A stretch of DNA of 63,528 nucleotides, counting the filler, from Reclinomonas americana ATCC 50394 (Eukaryota): NCBI GenBank assembly GCA_048213135.1. It is 8 parts of 4 records of this genome, joined end to end, with 100 filler letters (N's around TTAATTAATTAA, not from the genome) between each part and the next. Parts side by side here need not be neighbours in the genome. Positions count along the whole stretch, not along the records: positions 21,980 to 31,815 come from PS015558.1; positions 31,916 to 38,504 come from PS015559.1; positions 38,605 to 41,958 come from PS015559.1; positions 42,059 to 55,265 come from PS015560.1; 4 more parts are not named here. One strand, 5' to 3'. The notes under the pieces were generated by a model. That model saw nothing but the letters and a program-made list of their open reading frames with translations, did not search any database and was not told the DNA's origin. The position numbers and the translations under genes are program-made. This document shows positions 30,165-42,606 of this stretch, one piece after another (the first letter of the stretch is position 1; each line of letters begins with the position of its first letter).

Positions 30165-31815
30165 ATGGAGAACGTGGCGTATGCCGATGAGTTGGTGTTT
30201 GAGTACCTCTCCTTCCGCGGCTTTGCGCAGTGTGTGAGAGCGTTTGAGGTTGCGCGCATACGCTCTTGCAAACTTCCATGACTCTGTCTCTCATGTTCAC
30301 ATGCTCGTCACACACACACACAGCACGAGCGGAAGAATGACCGCACTCACAGTTACCAGGTACGCGCGCCTCTGTGTGTGTGTGTAATCTGAGAAGGATG
30401 CAGGTTGTGTCAATGCATGTTGCGCGCGCAGGTCAAGAAGATTGTCGATCATCTCTTGTCGCATGTCAGCACGTTCTCCATTGAGGGCGCCATTGAGTTC
30501 TGGCGTTACCTCGACGCCCGGTAACCCTTCTTTCCCCTCTCCCACCTTGTGTGTGTGTGTGCTTACACTGGGAGCGAGCAGGTTCTTCTCACGTGCCGAG
30601 GCCAATCTCGACGCCATTATTGAGAAGCTGGAAAAGTCGCTGATGCGCTACTACCTCGTGTACTGCATTCAGAGCGGGCATATGGACTCGGTGGCGGAAT
30701 TCTTCCGGTTGTACTCGGATGGATTGCTGCGGCAGTCTGCGGACTGGGCAGAGTGGTTTGGTGCGTGTGTGCACGATCGTCATGCACGAGCGTCATGCAG
30801 CACAACGATCTGATTCGCTGCATGCAGTGCTGCCGTACATTAAGAATGCAGAGACGCGGCCGCCGTTTGACGTGTACTTTTCGCGGCACTGGATGAACGA
30901 GTTTGTGACGTCGTTGACCAACTTCTTGTCGACCATTTTCAGTCAGATTCCACTGCCTCGGCTCCTCAACTTCAACAGTCTGCGCCTGGAGAGCGAGAGG
31001 CTCGGTGATGAGCTGGAGGCGGCGCGAGCGCGCATCCGGGAACTCGAAAAGAATGTGATGTTGAGTGGTGGCAGGCAGGCAGGGGATGAGTGGGGTATAT
31101 CTTCAACACTGTCTCACCGTCAACACATCACAGAAAACTCGAGGAGCGACTGACGGGCTGGGTTGTCGATGTGGACGGTACAGACGAAGTGTCACAGGCA
31201 CCCACCAAGCGGCGAACACACTTCGGATCATTGAATGAGGCCGCTGGTGGCGGCGGTGGTGGCGGCAGCATCGCCGAGGCGCTGAGCGATGCCGGCGGCA
31301 ACGGCACAGCGGGTGGAAGTGTGGGCGATGGCTCTGGTACACCATCGTCACTGGCGGCCACGGTGGCCAGCGGAGGCAGTGGTGGCGGCAGTGTGTCACC
31401 GCCACTGCAAGTGGGCACGCCCGTGCGCTCCTCCATGCCGGCGCTATCGTCGGACCAGAGTGTCAGCAAGAGCCTGCGAAAGGCCGGGTCGGCCAAGGGC
31501 GAGAAGGGTCCGTTGGCAGAGGCGAGGTTTTGCATACGTACGGAATAATGACAGTTGTGCGTGCTTGCAGGCGACATTCAGTGCACGAACCGCATGGTCA
31601 ATCAGGATCAAGGCTTCTTCTCGCTCCAAGTGCAAAACGTGTATCCGCAACACCACAGTGGGGTGGTGCGGGCGCGATTCAGTGCGAATGGCGAGCAGAT
31701 CGCCAGTGCTTCGTCGGATGGCGTTGTGAGGTGTGTGTTTTAACTCCTACGTGCATTTTGAGTGTTCTCACTCTCCACCACGTGTAGCGTTTGGAAAACC
31801 GAGGCACCCACCATC
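30165..31815 (+). CDS. WDR91: WDR91 homolog, 5' part, multi-exon
   Basis: MENVAYADELVFEYLSFRGF, FWRYLDARFFS, KLEKSLMRYYLVYCIQ, WAEWFVLPYIKN..PPFDVYFSRHW..SLTNFLSTIF..PLPRLL, followed by the first WD40 repeat (HHSGVVRARFS..IASASSDGVV). Confidence 0.88.
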
Positions 31816-32149
31816 NNNNNNNNNNNNNNNNNNNNNNNNNNNNNNNNNNNNNNNNNNNNTTAATTAATTAANNNNNNNNNNNNNNNNNNNNNNNNNNNNN
31901 NNNNNNNNNNNNNNNAGCAACTACAGAAGCAGATCCGGGACAGGTGTTAGTTGAGAGAGAGAGAGAAAACGCCAAGCAGACAGCTGGTTGGCGATGGAAC
32001 GATGACTTCCGGTATTACAAAATACTGTCCCCTTTGGCGTAAATGACCATCTCTCTGCCTTTCACTCGTGCCACGCTTTAATAGAGCACTCTTCTTCTCC
32101 TTCCCTCTACCCCAAAAAATATCGCCTCATCATCTCCCGATTCTCACTC

Positions 32150-34325
32150 TCACGCCAGCTCAATGGCCACCGACAAGCCCAAATCCTGCGCATCGTCGGC
32201 CGCCAATCGACCCCACCGGTCGCGCATGTGGCGCGGCGCACCGGCTTGCACCAGCGCCTGGGCCAGTTCGGCGTTGCCGCACGAGCAGGCAATGTGCAGC
32301 GGAGTGCGACCGTCGTAGTCGGCAATCTCTGGTGGAATGGCGCTGAATTCGTACAGCGACGGCAGCTTCTTGTCGCCGTTGGAGGCCATGTCGCACACCA
32401 TCTGCACCAGCCAGTGGCTCTGAGCCAGCGACAAGTGCTGCACGGCGGCCGACGGGTCCTCCTTGCTGCGCAGCGCCGTCGCCAGGTGCTTGTGGCCGGC
32501 CAGCAGCGCCGAGATGAGTGGTGTCGTTCCCCAGCGATCGCGCACATTGGTGCGAGCGCCGCTCTCCAACAAGAACGCCAGCGCATTCTCCGCACCCTCG
32601 GCAGNNNNNNNNNNNNNNNNNNNNCGGCGTACTCTCGAGCATGTCACTGGCGTCCGCCTCGGCGCCGTGGCGCACAAGAACCGACACCACTGGCACACTG
32701 CCACCGCAGGCAGCCACGTGCAACGCACTGCGCTGATCGTAGTCGGCAGCCGAGGCGTCGGCGCCGCTCGACAGCAGACCCTCCAGCTGCGACCGCGCCT
32801 GCTCCGCAATGGCCGGATTCGGGGAGCTGGCCACCGAGGCCAGCGAGCACAGCAGCGCCGGCAACAGGTTCGTCTCGATGCGCTGCAACTCCTCCTTGCG
32901 AATGTGGCTGCGGCTGTTGCTCTTCGATCCGTGACCCAGCAGTGCAAGCTGGCGCGTGACCGCCTGCGACACGACAAAGCGACGACGGTGATCCTCCGGC
33001 ACTGTAATGGCGGCCAGCTGCACAGCAGTGACGTCGCGCATGGCACCGGCCAGCAAGCAAAAGGCCACGCAGGTTCCCGCCGCCGGCAGGGTGAGGGTCG
33101 GCATACCGACCGGTGAAAGGAAGGCGCCGACGGCGCCGTGGAACACCACCGACAGACCGCAGGCAAAGAGCCACACAAAAGCGAACCGGAAGCCATACGG
33201 CACGTAGAAGATGCCACCGATGGCGATGCCGACCAGGCACGGGTTGTAGCCCCAGAGGCCGGCGTAGATGGGCGCACCCGGCACGCCGAGCGCCAGCGCA
33301 CCGAACACGCCGACAATGGCGCCAAAGAGAGCGGCCACGGCACTGATCCACGAGTAGGCCACCAGGCCGACCAAAATCGCCGCCCCGCAGTACGGGTTCT
33401 CGATGAAAATCACTTGCGATACCGAGGTGAAAACGGCGCGCACCAGTTGCGGCACGTCGTACGGCACCAGTGGTGCGTCCGGTAACACCGTCGGTTGCGT
33501 CAGCAGGCCCGGCTGCAGAATGGCGCCATTGACGTGGAAGTAGCCGGAGCGCTGGCACATCAGCAGCCAGGCCCACATGCAAATGTGGAAGGGCAGCGTG
33601 AACGGCGCCACTCCAAAGTGTCCCGACAAGAACGAGCCAATCACCACCGTCAGCACGCACGCCGCCGCCGACATGAACGCCATCGGAATGAGCATCCACG
33701 GCTGCGGGAACGGATTCGCATCGCTGCCGAACGTGAACAAGCAGACGCCGGCGGCGACCAGCGAGCCCGAGTAACCGAGCAGTCCAGCACGTCGCGATCC
33801 CTCGTCAAATCCGAACGCATACGCGGTGACCGTGGCCGAGAAGACGCCAATGAGCAAGCCGATACCAATGTACCACTGTGTGGCCAGCGCCGCGACGACA
33901 ATGACCAAGCCCGTGATGGGATTGGAGGCGAAGAAGATCTCACTAATGCCGCGCAAATTCGCGTCAATAAAGTCGGCAATGAATCCCCAGTGCGCCAGCA
34001 GGTACGCTTGGAAGGCGGCTGCAGTGCCAATGGCACCACGCAAAAGGCGGCCGACATGCACGCCAGGAGTGGTGTGCACGTGGCCGGCGCGCAGAGCGGG
34101 TGTGCGACGACGAGTGGTGTGGGTGGTGGTGGCGGGCGCCAGCACGTCGCCCAGTGCACCGCGGTCGCTGCGCCGCGAGAACGTCTGCCATGTGCGCACT
34201 TCATTGTACTCGGGCTGCTCCTGTTCGCCTCCTCCTGCTCCAGCTCCTCGACTCTCCCCAGTGGAGAGTCGCGACATGCTTTCTGCAAACTCCCGAATCA
34301 GCTGTCTGTTCAAAGCAACACGCAT
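32150..34325 (-). CDS. Urea transporter (UT/SLC14 family) fused to C-terminal ankyrin repeats
   Basis: UT motifs LRGISEIFFASNPITG, GLLGYSGSL, APFTLPF, SVSQVIFIENPYCG, GLWGYN and GMPTLTLP continue in frame into ankyrin repeats DYDQRSALHVAA, DRWGTTPL and DYDGRTPLHIA. The apparent frame change is at the 20-N gap 32605-32624. Start codon uncertain. Confidence 0.9.
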
Positions 34326-34660
34326 GCGCGCGCACACACACACACGTCCCCATCGACCCACGCACGTGTGTGCAATGCAACTCACCACAAACTGAGAGTG
34401 TGTGGTTCGCGCGTGTGTCTCGCCCAAAATGGGGGAATGTGACGTAACTCCGTTCCCGCCAATCTGCAACGTCTTATGTAGACCACACGTCGACAGCAAC
34501 TTTGAGGTGTGGGCCAACAGACTAGCTGGAGGCGTACCCAAGGATCGACACCATCGTCTTGACGGCGGAGTAAATCAACATGCGGAAACTACATATGCAT
34601 TTATATGCATCGTGGACCTGAGTGCGCATGCGCACCGCCACGATATCGCTGCGACAACAG

Positions 34661-34704
34661 AAACGACAACATATAATACAAGCAGCAACACAGCTGCACG
34701 ATGA
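34661..34704 (-). repeat. Degenerate copy of the dispersed repeat core
   Basis: AGCAACACAGCTGCACGATGA preceded by an AAC-rich tract. Confidence 0.5.
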
Positions 34705-34855
34705 ACATATGCATGAGATAGACATCCAGTCCCATCTGCAACAGGGTTCGAATGTTGTTCGATCCCACTATACCGGCAATAAACACTCACAACGTACCGA
34801 CCGCAGCGTACGCATATACAACACCTTCATTCGGGCTCCTACCAACTCCAGCAAC

Positions 34856-35907
34856 TCAGTTGGTCGAAACCTGCAAGTCCGAGTCCGGGTCCGCCGGCAT
34901 TCTACTCTCCAAGCACCACTCCGGCGCCCCATCCCGCCTAAACACAAACGCCGTATCGCGGAACCACTTGTGACGCGCGCCAACCCGCAGGTAGTTGCTG
35001 GCCGGGATGTCTACCGTGTAGCCCATGCGCTGCAGGCGATCCACCACATAGTCGTTTGGTCGCGTGTTGAAGTGTCCGTGTCCAGCCTGGCCCGGAATCG
35101 CCCACGACAGCACCATGCCACACGTGTTGTGGCGATGGAGGTTGTTGAGGAAGATGTCCTCGTACTGCGGTGGCAGGTGCTCCGCCACCTCCAGCGACAT
35201 GACCCAGTCGAAGGGGCCGTCGGCGAGCGTCAGTGGCATGGACAAGTCGGCCCATCGCAGCTGGCCCTTGGTGTGCTGCTCAATGTTGAGCGCACCCTCC
35301 ACGCCAGTGTAGCGAATGTTGCCGCCGTGGGTGCGCCAGTAGACCGCGTACTGCCAAACATCACGATACATGATGTGTGTAATGAGCGGAAACAGGGGCG
35401 CGCGCGCTCATGATCACTCACCGTGCCTGCACCCGCACCCACATCCAGCACTGAGCGCCCGTCGAAGAAATGCTGCAAGCCTTGTGCGAGGTGTGTGTCA
35501 GCCGGTTGGTTCTCGTTGGTCATGGGATAGCCTGCATCGGCGGCGAACTTGGCGTGTTTGTCGGCGACGCTGCTTGTGATGCACCAAATGCCAGTCTCCA
35601 GAATCGTCCCTTCATCACGACACACGAGGCGTGCGAGGAGTGCGCGGAGTGCTCGCTCGTTGCTCTCCACCTCCTCCAATCGACGGTGCAGACGCTGAGT
35701 GAGGGCCAGCAACTCGGCTGAGGAGGTGGAGGTCGAGAGAGAGGGATTCGCATCTGCGCGCGAAAATGGTGAAATGCGAATGCGTGTTGTGTGTGTGTGT
35801 GTGTGATGTGCCGCACCTGCAGTTACTTGTCCATCGACGCACGAGAGAGCGAAAGAGAACAGCAACAGCAGGAGAGGGAGAAGCAGGAGCGGGGGAGGAA
35901 AGCGCAT
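34856..35907 (-). CDS. Class I SAM-dependent methyltransferase with signal peptide, 3 exons
   Basis: Hydrophobic N-terminus MRFPPPLLLLPLLLLLFSFALSC, a short coiled coil, then SVLDVGAGAG and FDWVMSLEVAEHLP..VLSWAIPGQAGHGHFN. Confidence 0.85.
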
Positions 35908-37123
35908 CTCGACTGTTGTCCGCTGCTGAATGACAATGCGATACTGTAACGGGACGTTCGACGTATTGTATTGCTTGATCCGTCGCTGAACTCCAATGGG
36001 GAGAGATAACTGGAGAATGCTGCCGGAGGCAAGGTGGAAAAGTAAGCAGATCGGATTCTGAAAATGTCGGGAACTTCGCTTCCAGGAGCACCACTGCAAG
36101 AAAATCACGACGCCACCTACTTAAACAACCCACTTGTACTTCCCTACAATTAAANNNNNNNNNNNNNNNNNNNNNNNNNNNNNNNNNNNNNNNNNNNNNN
36201 NNNNNNNNNNNNNNNNNNNNNNNNNNNNNNNNNNNNNNNNNNNNNNNNNNNNNNNNNNNNNNNNNNNNNNNNNNNNNNNNNNNNNNNNNNNNNNNNNNNN
36301 NNNNNNNNNNNNNNNNNNNNNNNNNNNNNNNNNNNNNNNNNNNNNNNNNNNNNNNNNNNNNNNNNNNNNNNNNNNNNNNNNNNNNNNNNNNNNNNNNNNN
36401 NNNNNNNNNNNNNNNNNNNNNNNNNNNNNNNNNNNNNNNNNNNNNNNNNNNNNNNNNNNNNNNNNNNNNNNNNNNNNNNNNNNNNNNNNNNNNNNNNNNN
36501 NNNNNNNNNNNNNNNNNNNNNNNNNNNNNNNNNNNNNNNNNNNNNNNNNNNNNNNNNNNNNNNNNNNNNNNNNNNNNNNNNNNNNNNNNNNNNNNNNNNN
36601 NNNNNNNNNNNNNNNNNNNNNNNNNNNNNNNNNNNNNNNNNNNNNNNNNNNNNNNNNNNNNNNNNNNNNNNNNNNNNNNNNNNNNNNNNNNNNNNNNNNN
36701 NNNNNNNNNNNNNNNNNNNNNNNNNNNNNNNNNNNNNNNNNNNNNNNNNNNNNNNNNNNNNNNNNNNNNNNNNNNNNNNNNNNNNNNNNNNNNNNNNNNN
36801 NNNNNNNNNNNNNNNNNNNNNNNNNNNNNNNNNNNNNNNNNNNNNNNNNNNNNNNNNNNNNNNNNNNNNNNNNNNNNNNNNNNNNNNNNNNNNNNNNNNN
36901 NNNNNNNNNNNNNNNNNNNNNNNNNNNNNNNNNNNNNNNNNNNNNNNNNNNNNNNNNNNNNNNNNNNNNNNNNNNNNNNNNNNNNNNNNNNNNNNNNNNN
37001 NNNNNNNNNNNNNNNNNNNNNNNNNNNNNNNNNNNNNNNNNNNNNNNNNNNNNNNNNNNNNNNNNNNNNNNNNNNNAACACACACACGCACACACACATA
37101 CAAATACCACACAGCAAACATCC

Positions 37124-39418
37124 TCAGTGACCGCTGCTCCCGGCCTCGGACCGCGCACACATGGCGCTGTCATCGTAACTCGGCAGCGGTGTCACGTCGT
37201 CGCCATAGTCTAGTGTGCTGCCCACGAGATGCATGTCGGCCTCTGACAGAGGCATGTTCACCGTGAGCACCAGTCCGCGCATGGCGGCGCTATTGGCACG
37301 ATGCAGAACGGTCCACGTGCAGGCGGTGCAGGCGGCCAGCATGGCGGCGGTGATGGCAAAGATGGTGAATGGGCTCGCCGTGCCGACCTGCAGACGCACG
37401 CACACACACACGTGAGATCGAGAGGGCAGAGGCTAACCGAGACACGTGTGCGCACACCACACAAAAAAACCGCACCGTCAGCAAGATGAGTCCCACCAGC
37501 AGATTGAGCGGCACGCGATTCAGCGTGCCGACCACGCCCACCGTGTGCTGCGGTAATACGGACACTCGCACCGTCGCCAACTGCACGCAAGAATGACGCG
37601 AGTGAGCATCAGGCCACTCACGTGTGCTGACCATCGTCGCACGACACGCAACTGCAGGCAAGAAGCATCCGCAGCAAATCTCAAAGATGCAGCAGCTGAT
37701 GAGTAGTCCATACCCAGGCGCCCTCTGCTTCCACCATCAGCGGACATTCAAAAAATTAAACAAGCGTGCTGAAAAGAATCGCAACCCACCGCAAAGAGTG
37801 CCACAAAGATCATGACCATGCAGGCGATTGGAGCGGCCAGTCCCGCCGACTGGAACGGTGTAAATTGCGCCGTGGACAACTCGAACAAATCCGAGCCGAT
37901 CATGAGACTCTCCATGAAGCACGCAAAGACCAGGCCGTACACGTCAAACATGCCGCTTCCGTTCGACACCTGCACCGTAACGCGAGGTGAGTAGCGAGGC
38001 GGAAGGCCCAAAAGAAAAAGCCATCGCCGACCTTGATGTCGGGCGCAAAAGTCGATTTAAGCTCCAGCGATGGCATCAGCGACGGCGTCCACAACAGCAC
38101 AAAGAGGAACATGGAGGCCTCGAAGAGCACCTGCATGCCACTGATCAGGGGCACCAGCGAGCTGGCCCGCACGGTGCGAATGCCGGCAGAGATGGTGGCC
38201 ATGAGACCGCCGCAGCGGTGCACGGGGTAGTTCTCGTTCCACCCGCGCAGAATCACCAGCACGCCGGCCGACAACAGCACGGATGCGAGCAAGAACGGCG
38301 CGCGTGGGTCGTCGAAGAAGCGAACCACAACGGCGGCTGATGGAGAAAAGAAGAGGTGTGAGTGCAGGTTTGAGAGCTCTGCTTACTCCTGATTGCAGCA
38401 TGTCTCAGACTATTGTACAACATTCAACTCACTGCTGTCTCTCGAAAGCCTCCGGCTCCCGTCAAGGCGATTAAGATCTCACTGCCAGCACGCAACCTAA
38501 ACGANNNNNNNNNNNNNNNNNNNNNNNNNNNNNNNNNNNNNNNNNNNNTTAATTAATTAANNNNNNNNNNNNNNNNNNNNNNNNNNNNNNNNNNNNNNNN
38601 NNNNAATCACCTGTGAGGGTGGCCAGCACCGAACACATGCTATTGGCAAACGCCGCCGACGACAACACCGACGTCAGCTCCTCTGGCGGCAGGCGATTCT
38701 TGCGATGCTCATCAGCCACCCACGCATCAAACGCCGTGTACAAGATCGACGAGGCAAAGCCGGCAAGCGCACGACCGGCCACGTGTACATATGTCGACGC
38801 GCTCCACACCGACGAGCACGACAGAATGTAACACATGCCGCACAGCAGACAACTCTTCTTCCGTCCTCTGTGCGTGCACAAGCCAGTGATTCAGTACAAT
38901 GCCCGCTCTCATCAACGTACGCGGTCACACAGCGCAACATTCTCTCCGCCAGCAGCGTGGCAAATGGCAATCCAAGCAGCAGCTCAGCGGCATAATCAGT
39001 GAGGAAGAGCGCTCCGATCGACTGTGTCGAGTAGGCCCACACTGTGTTGTAGACGAGGAACGAGTATGGTCCCTGAAGCCAGTCGGAGAAGGCGAACAGC
39101 GAGTATGCCCACGAATAGGCCTGCTGGAAGGGCAACTGACCACGTGGCCGACTCTGTCCTCCAACACCACCCGCCACTGATTGTGTGTCTGTGTGTGTGT
39201 GTTTGCGATGAGAGAAGAGGAAAGAGAGAAAGAGAGAGAGAGGTGGTGAGTGTGGAGGATGGAAGGCACGTGTGTGTGTGTCGTTTGCGCGAACCCTCAA
39301 ACGGATTGACATCATTGTCGTCATCGGAGGGCGGTCCGAACGCCTTGCGCGAAAGGCGTGCCGCCACGCACCCTGCTGTCACAAAGGCGAACACACCAAA
39401 CACGCCGTCATAGCGCAT
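37124..39418 (-). CDS. MFS transporter, MFSD5/MOT2 (molybdate-anion transporter)-like, multi-exon
   Basis: Motifs FSDWLQGPY, GRKKSCLLCGMCYILSC, GRALAGFASSILYTAFDAW, QVLFEASMFLFVLLWTP, GLVFACFMESLMIGS and NRVPLN. The gene crosses the spacer at 38505-38604. Confidence 0.88.
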
Positions 39419-39650
39419 TGTGTTTGTGTGAGAATGAGCCTCTTACTCGTCTTTTCTCTCGTGTGGACAAATGAAAACGGGACGCGCGAGCAGTTGTCTC
39501 GGCTTCGTTGCTGCGCGTTGACGGTGCAAGAGGAGGGTTGCAAGGGGAGGATAGAATACGCAGAAGAGCCGGATCGAGGGCAGCAGGCCTGCAGAACGAG
39601 AATTCGAATTCGCGATACTATGCGGAAACACTTCATTCATGATATCGAAC

Positions 39651-39690
39651 ATAACAACAACTTTTCTAATCAACAGCAACACAGCTGCAA
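39651..39690 (-). repeat. Short copy of the dispersed repeat
   Basis: AACAACAACTTTTCTAATCAACAGCAACACAGCTGCA. Confidence 0.7.
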
Positions 39691-39769
39691 CATGAATTAA
39701 TGTTCAGCAGCGCGCTGTCATCCATGAACACGAGAAAACACAATTCTTGGCACAACTTCACAATAAGAT

Positions 39770-40885
39770 TTACCATCCAGGCGCGCGGTATTCGATAGCC
39801 TCAGCCTCACCCACGATGAAGCACCGCAGCACCACATCGACAAGAATCCACTCGTGGTACTTGTCGGCTTCAAGCAGCATCTCGTTCACACTAGTAGCCG
39901 CCAGACGAGCGCTGTTCAGTTCACGCCGAGCGAGGCCGCACGGCGTGGACCAAACCCGAATGGTCTTGTCACCACTCCCACTCACTACGTGCTGATCATC
40001 AGGAGTGACAGCGACAGAGTACACGAATGAAGTGTGCCCCTCCAATCGGTGCTCTTCTTTGCCACTCACCCGCGACCACACTCGCACCGTCTCGTCACAA
40101 CCCCCGCTCACGATGTGCTGAGCATCAGAGGTCGCAGCGACAGTCCACACCGGCCGGGTGTGACCCACCAGTCGTTTCATTTCCTCACCACCCGCCAGTG
40201 ACCACACTCGAACGGTCCCATCTGCGCTTCCGCTCACAACGTGCTGCCCGTCGGCAGTGACGACGACAGACCGCACCTCTCGACCGTGGCCCTCCAACCG
40301 TCGCACCTCCACGCCACTCGCCAGCGACCACACACGCACCGTGCCGTCCCAACCACCACTCAAAACGCAAAGACTGTCGGGAACAGCCACAACAGCGAGC
40401 ATTCCACATGGGTGTCCGTCGAAATGGCGCAACTCGGCGCCAGTCGCCAGAGACCGAACCCACATCATCTCACATTCTTCCTCATCCTCAATCCCACTCA
40501 CGACGCACAGCCCGTCGGGTGTTACAGCCACGCATAGCACGCCGCCAATGTTCCCCATCAACCGTCGTACCTCCTCGCCACTCTCCAACGACCAAACCCG
40601 GATCGTCACGTCCTTACTCCCACTCAAAACGTGCTGGCCAGTGGGGGTGACAGCAACGCACGTCACCTCCCCAAAGTGTCCCTCCAGCCGTCGCACCTCC
40701 TGCCCACTCGCCAATGACCACACCCGCACTGTCTTATCCGCACTCCCGCTGACTGCGTGAAGGCCGTCGGGAGTGACGACAACAGACATGACCGCACCCG
40801 TGTGACCAACCAAGACCTACGATGATCGCATGCGTGGTGAGACATAGCTACTGCAACAGCGCAGCAAGCAGACCTTTGCTGTCAT
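39770..40885 (-). CDS. WD40-repeat protein with 7 highly similar repeats
   Basis: Repeated LEGH..V..VAVTPDG.HVVSGS.DKTVRVWSLASG.EVRR units in one long exon. Probable 12-nt first exon ATGACAGCAAAG (40885-40874) and a GT-AG intron 40873-40817. Confidence 0.9.
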
Positions 40886-40914
40886 CGCGCGCGTGGTGAA
40901 GAAAATTGGTGCGA

Positions 40915-40979
40915 ATAACAACAACAACAACAACTTTACTAATCCAAACAGCAACACAGCTGCATGATGATCACCCATG
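40915..40979 (-). repeat. Copy of the dispersed repeat
   Basis: About 58 nt (AACAACAACAACAACAACTTTACTAATCCAAACAGCAACACAGCTGCATGATGATCACC) read as identical to the reverse complement of about 43498-43556. Confidence 0.9.
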
Positions 40980-41453
40980 AAGTCGACGTCGACGTCGCCA
41001 TAACAAAACCCCTTTCTTTATTCTTGCAACTGTGAATGCATGCAGCTCACGGTCTGCCTCGCGCCACCAAAGCTCACCGGCCAGGTTGGATGAATGCCGA
41101 ATTGCAACGTGGAATTCGAAGTTCATTTGTGGTGATTGCGATGCCAGGACGATCCCGTTCTGAGGCTGGTGGAAATGGCTCCGCTACAACATAGGGAAGC
41201 ACCTTGTATATAGTCTCCTAATCCTCGGCTTCGTGCAGGCCCCTGCATGGGGAGACGTCGACAAGCGAACACTTCGAATTCGATTTCGCTATTCGAACAC
41301 AGTCTCTGCTCGGATGCAGTCCAGCCCTCGGATCTAGTCGCTCTCAGTACCTGTGCTACTGCCGGCCATACACCGTTCTGCACTTGGCCCTTGAGAAATC
41401 GAAAACCGGCCGCCCATTCGATTGACTGGCCCGCCAACACAAATCACGCCATC

Positions 41454-41670
41454 ATGCTTAAGCGGAAATCCTCCGGCGCCTCCTCCGCTGCCATGGTTCT
41501 CACACTCACTCACACACACTTGCACACACACTCTATGAAACTCACACATGCACACACAGCGCGCACATCGCAGTGTGCATGCTGAGCAATTTGAGCTCGT
41601 GGAGAAGATTGGGCAGGGAAGCTTTGGCGAAGTGTGGCGCGCGTTGCGTTACACACACACACTCCTCTTC

Positions 41671-41707
<37 letters not shown>

Positions 41708-42407
41708 CACATACACATGCGCACAGTCGCGACAAGGAGAGTGGCGCCAGTGTGGCCATCAAAGTGATTGACTTGGAGGAGGCGGAGGAGGAGATTGAGG
41801 AGATACAGCGAGAGATTCATGTCATGTTGGAGTGTGCGTCACCACTGGTCGTTGCCATTCATGGTTCGGTGGTGGTCGGTCAGCATTTGTGGATCATTAT
41901 GGAGTACTTGGAGGGGGGTTCTGTGCATGATTTGGTGAGGGGCACACACACACGAGAGNNNNNNNNNNNNNNNNNNNNNNNNNNNNNNNNNNNNNNNNNN
42001 NNTTAATTAATTAANNNNNNNNNNNNNNNNNNNNNNNNNNNNNNNNNNNNNNNNNNNNCCCATTCTCGTCAGGCACAACAACTCGCATGGTGAGTGCGTT
42101 TTTAAGGAGGGGGGAGGTGATGTTGCTGATGCTGATGCTGCGGCGTGCAGAGTTTGCCCGCGAAGTGTGGGACATTCTGGAGCTGGAGGCGCCGGTGGCG
42201 GAGGGCATCAGAGAGGGGCGGTTGTCGATCGATGCGCGCAGCAAGATCATGGACAAGCTGCGACGGAGCCATCGCAATGGTACGCACGTTGCCAGTCCTT
42301 CTTCTTCTTCTTCCTTTGACTCATTGCTTCCGCGTGCGTCTTCTGACCACAGTGGTGAACAAGCGACGACACAGTCAGCACGACGGCGGCGGCGGTGGGT
42401 CGAGTGA
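41454..42407 (+). CDS. STE20/GCK-III-like Ser/Thr kinase, fragmentary (middle lost at spacer)
   Basis: FELVEKIGQGSFGEVWRARDKESGASVAIKVIDLEEAEEEIEEIQREIHVMLEC..LWIIMEYLEGGSVHDL. Linking the exons after 42059 to this gene is tentative. Confidence 0.8.
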
Positions 42408-42606
42408 CCCTGGAGACTCGGTGTGAGACACGTGCAGAAAAAATCAAACAATCCGCGTTAACTTTTTCCCTCCTCCGCGCTTTCCCCGCTCCATCACACC
42501 ATTACGTCGTCTTCCTCATCCACACGCTCGCTGCTCAGAAACGCGATGCACGGTGTCTGCTGCATTACGCTGTGCAGGTCGTCTGCACTGTTCTTCAGTC
42601 AGTCAG

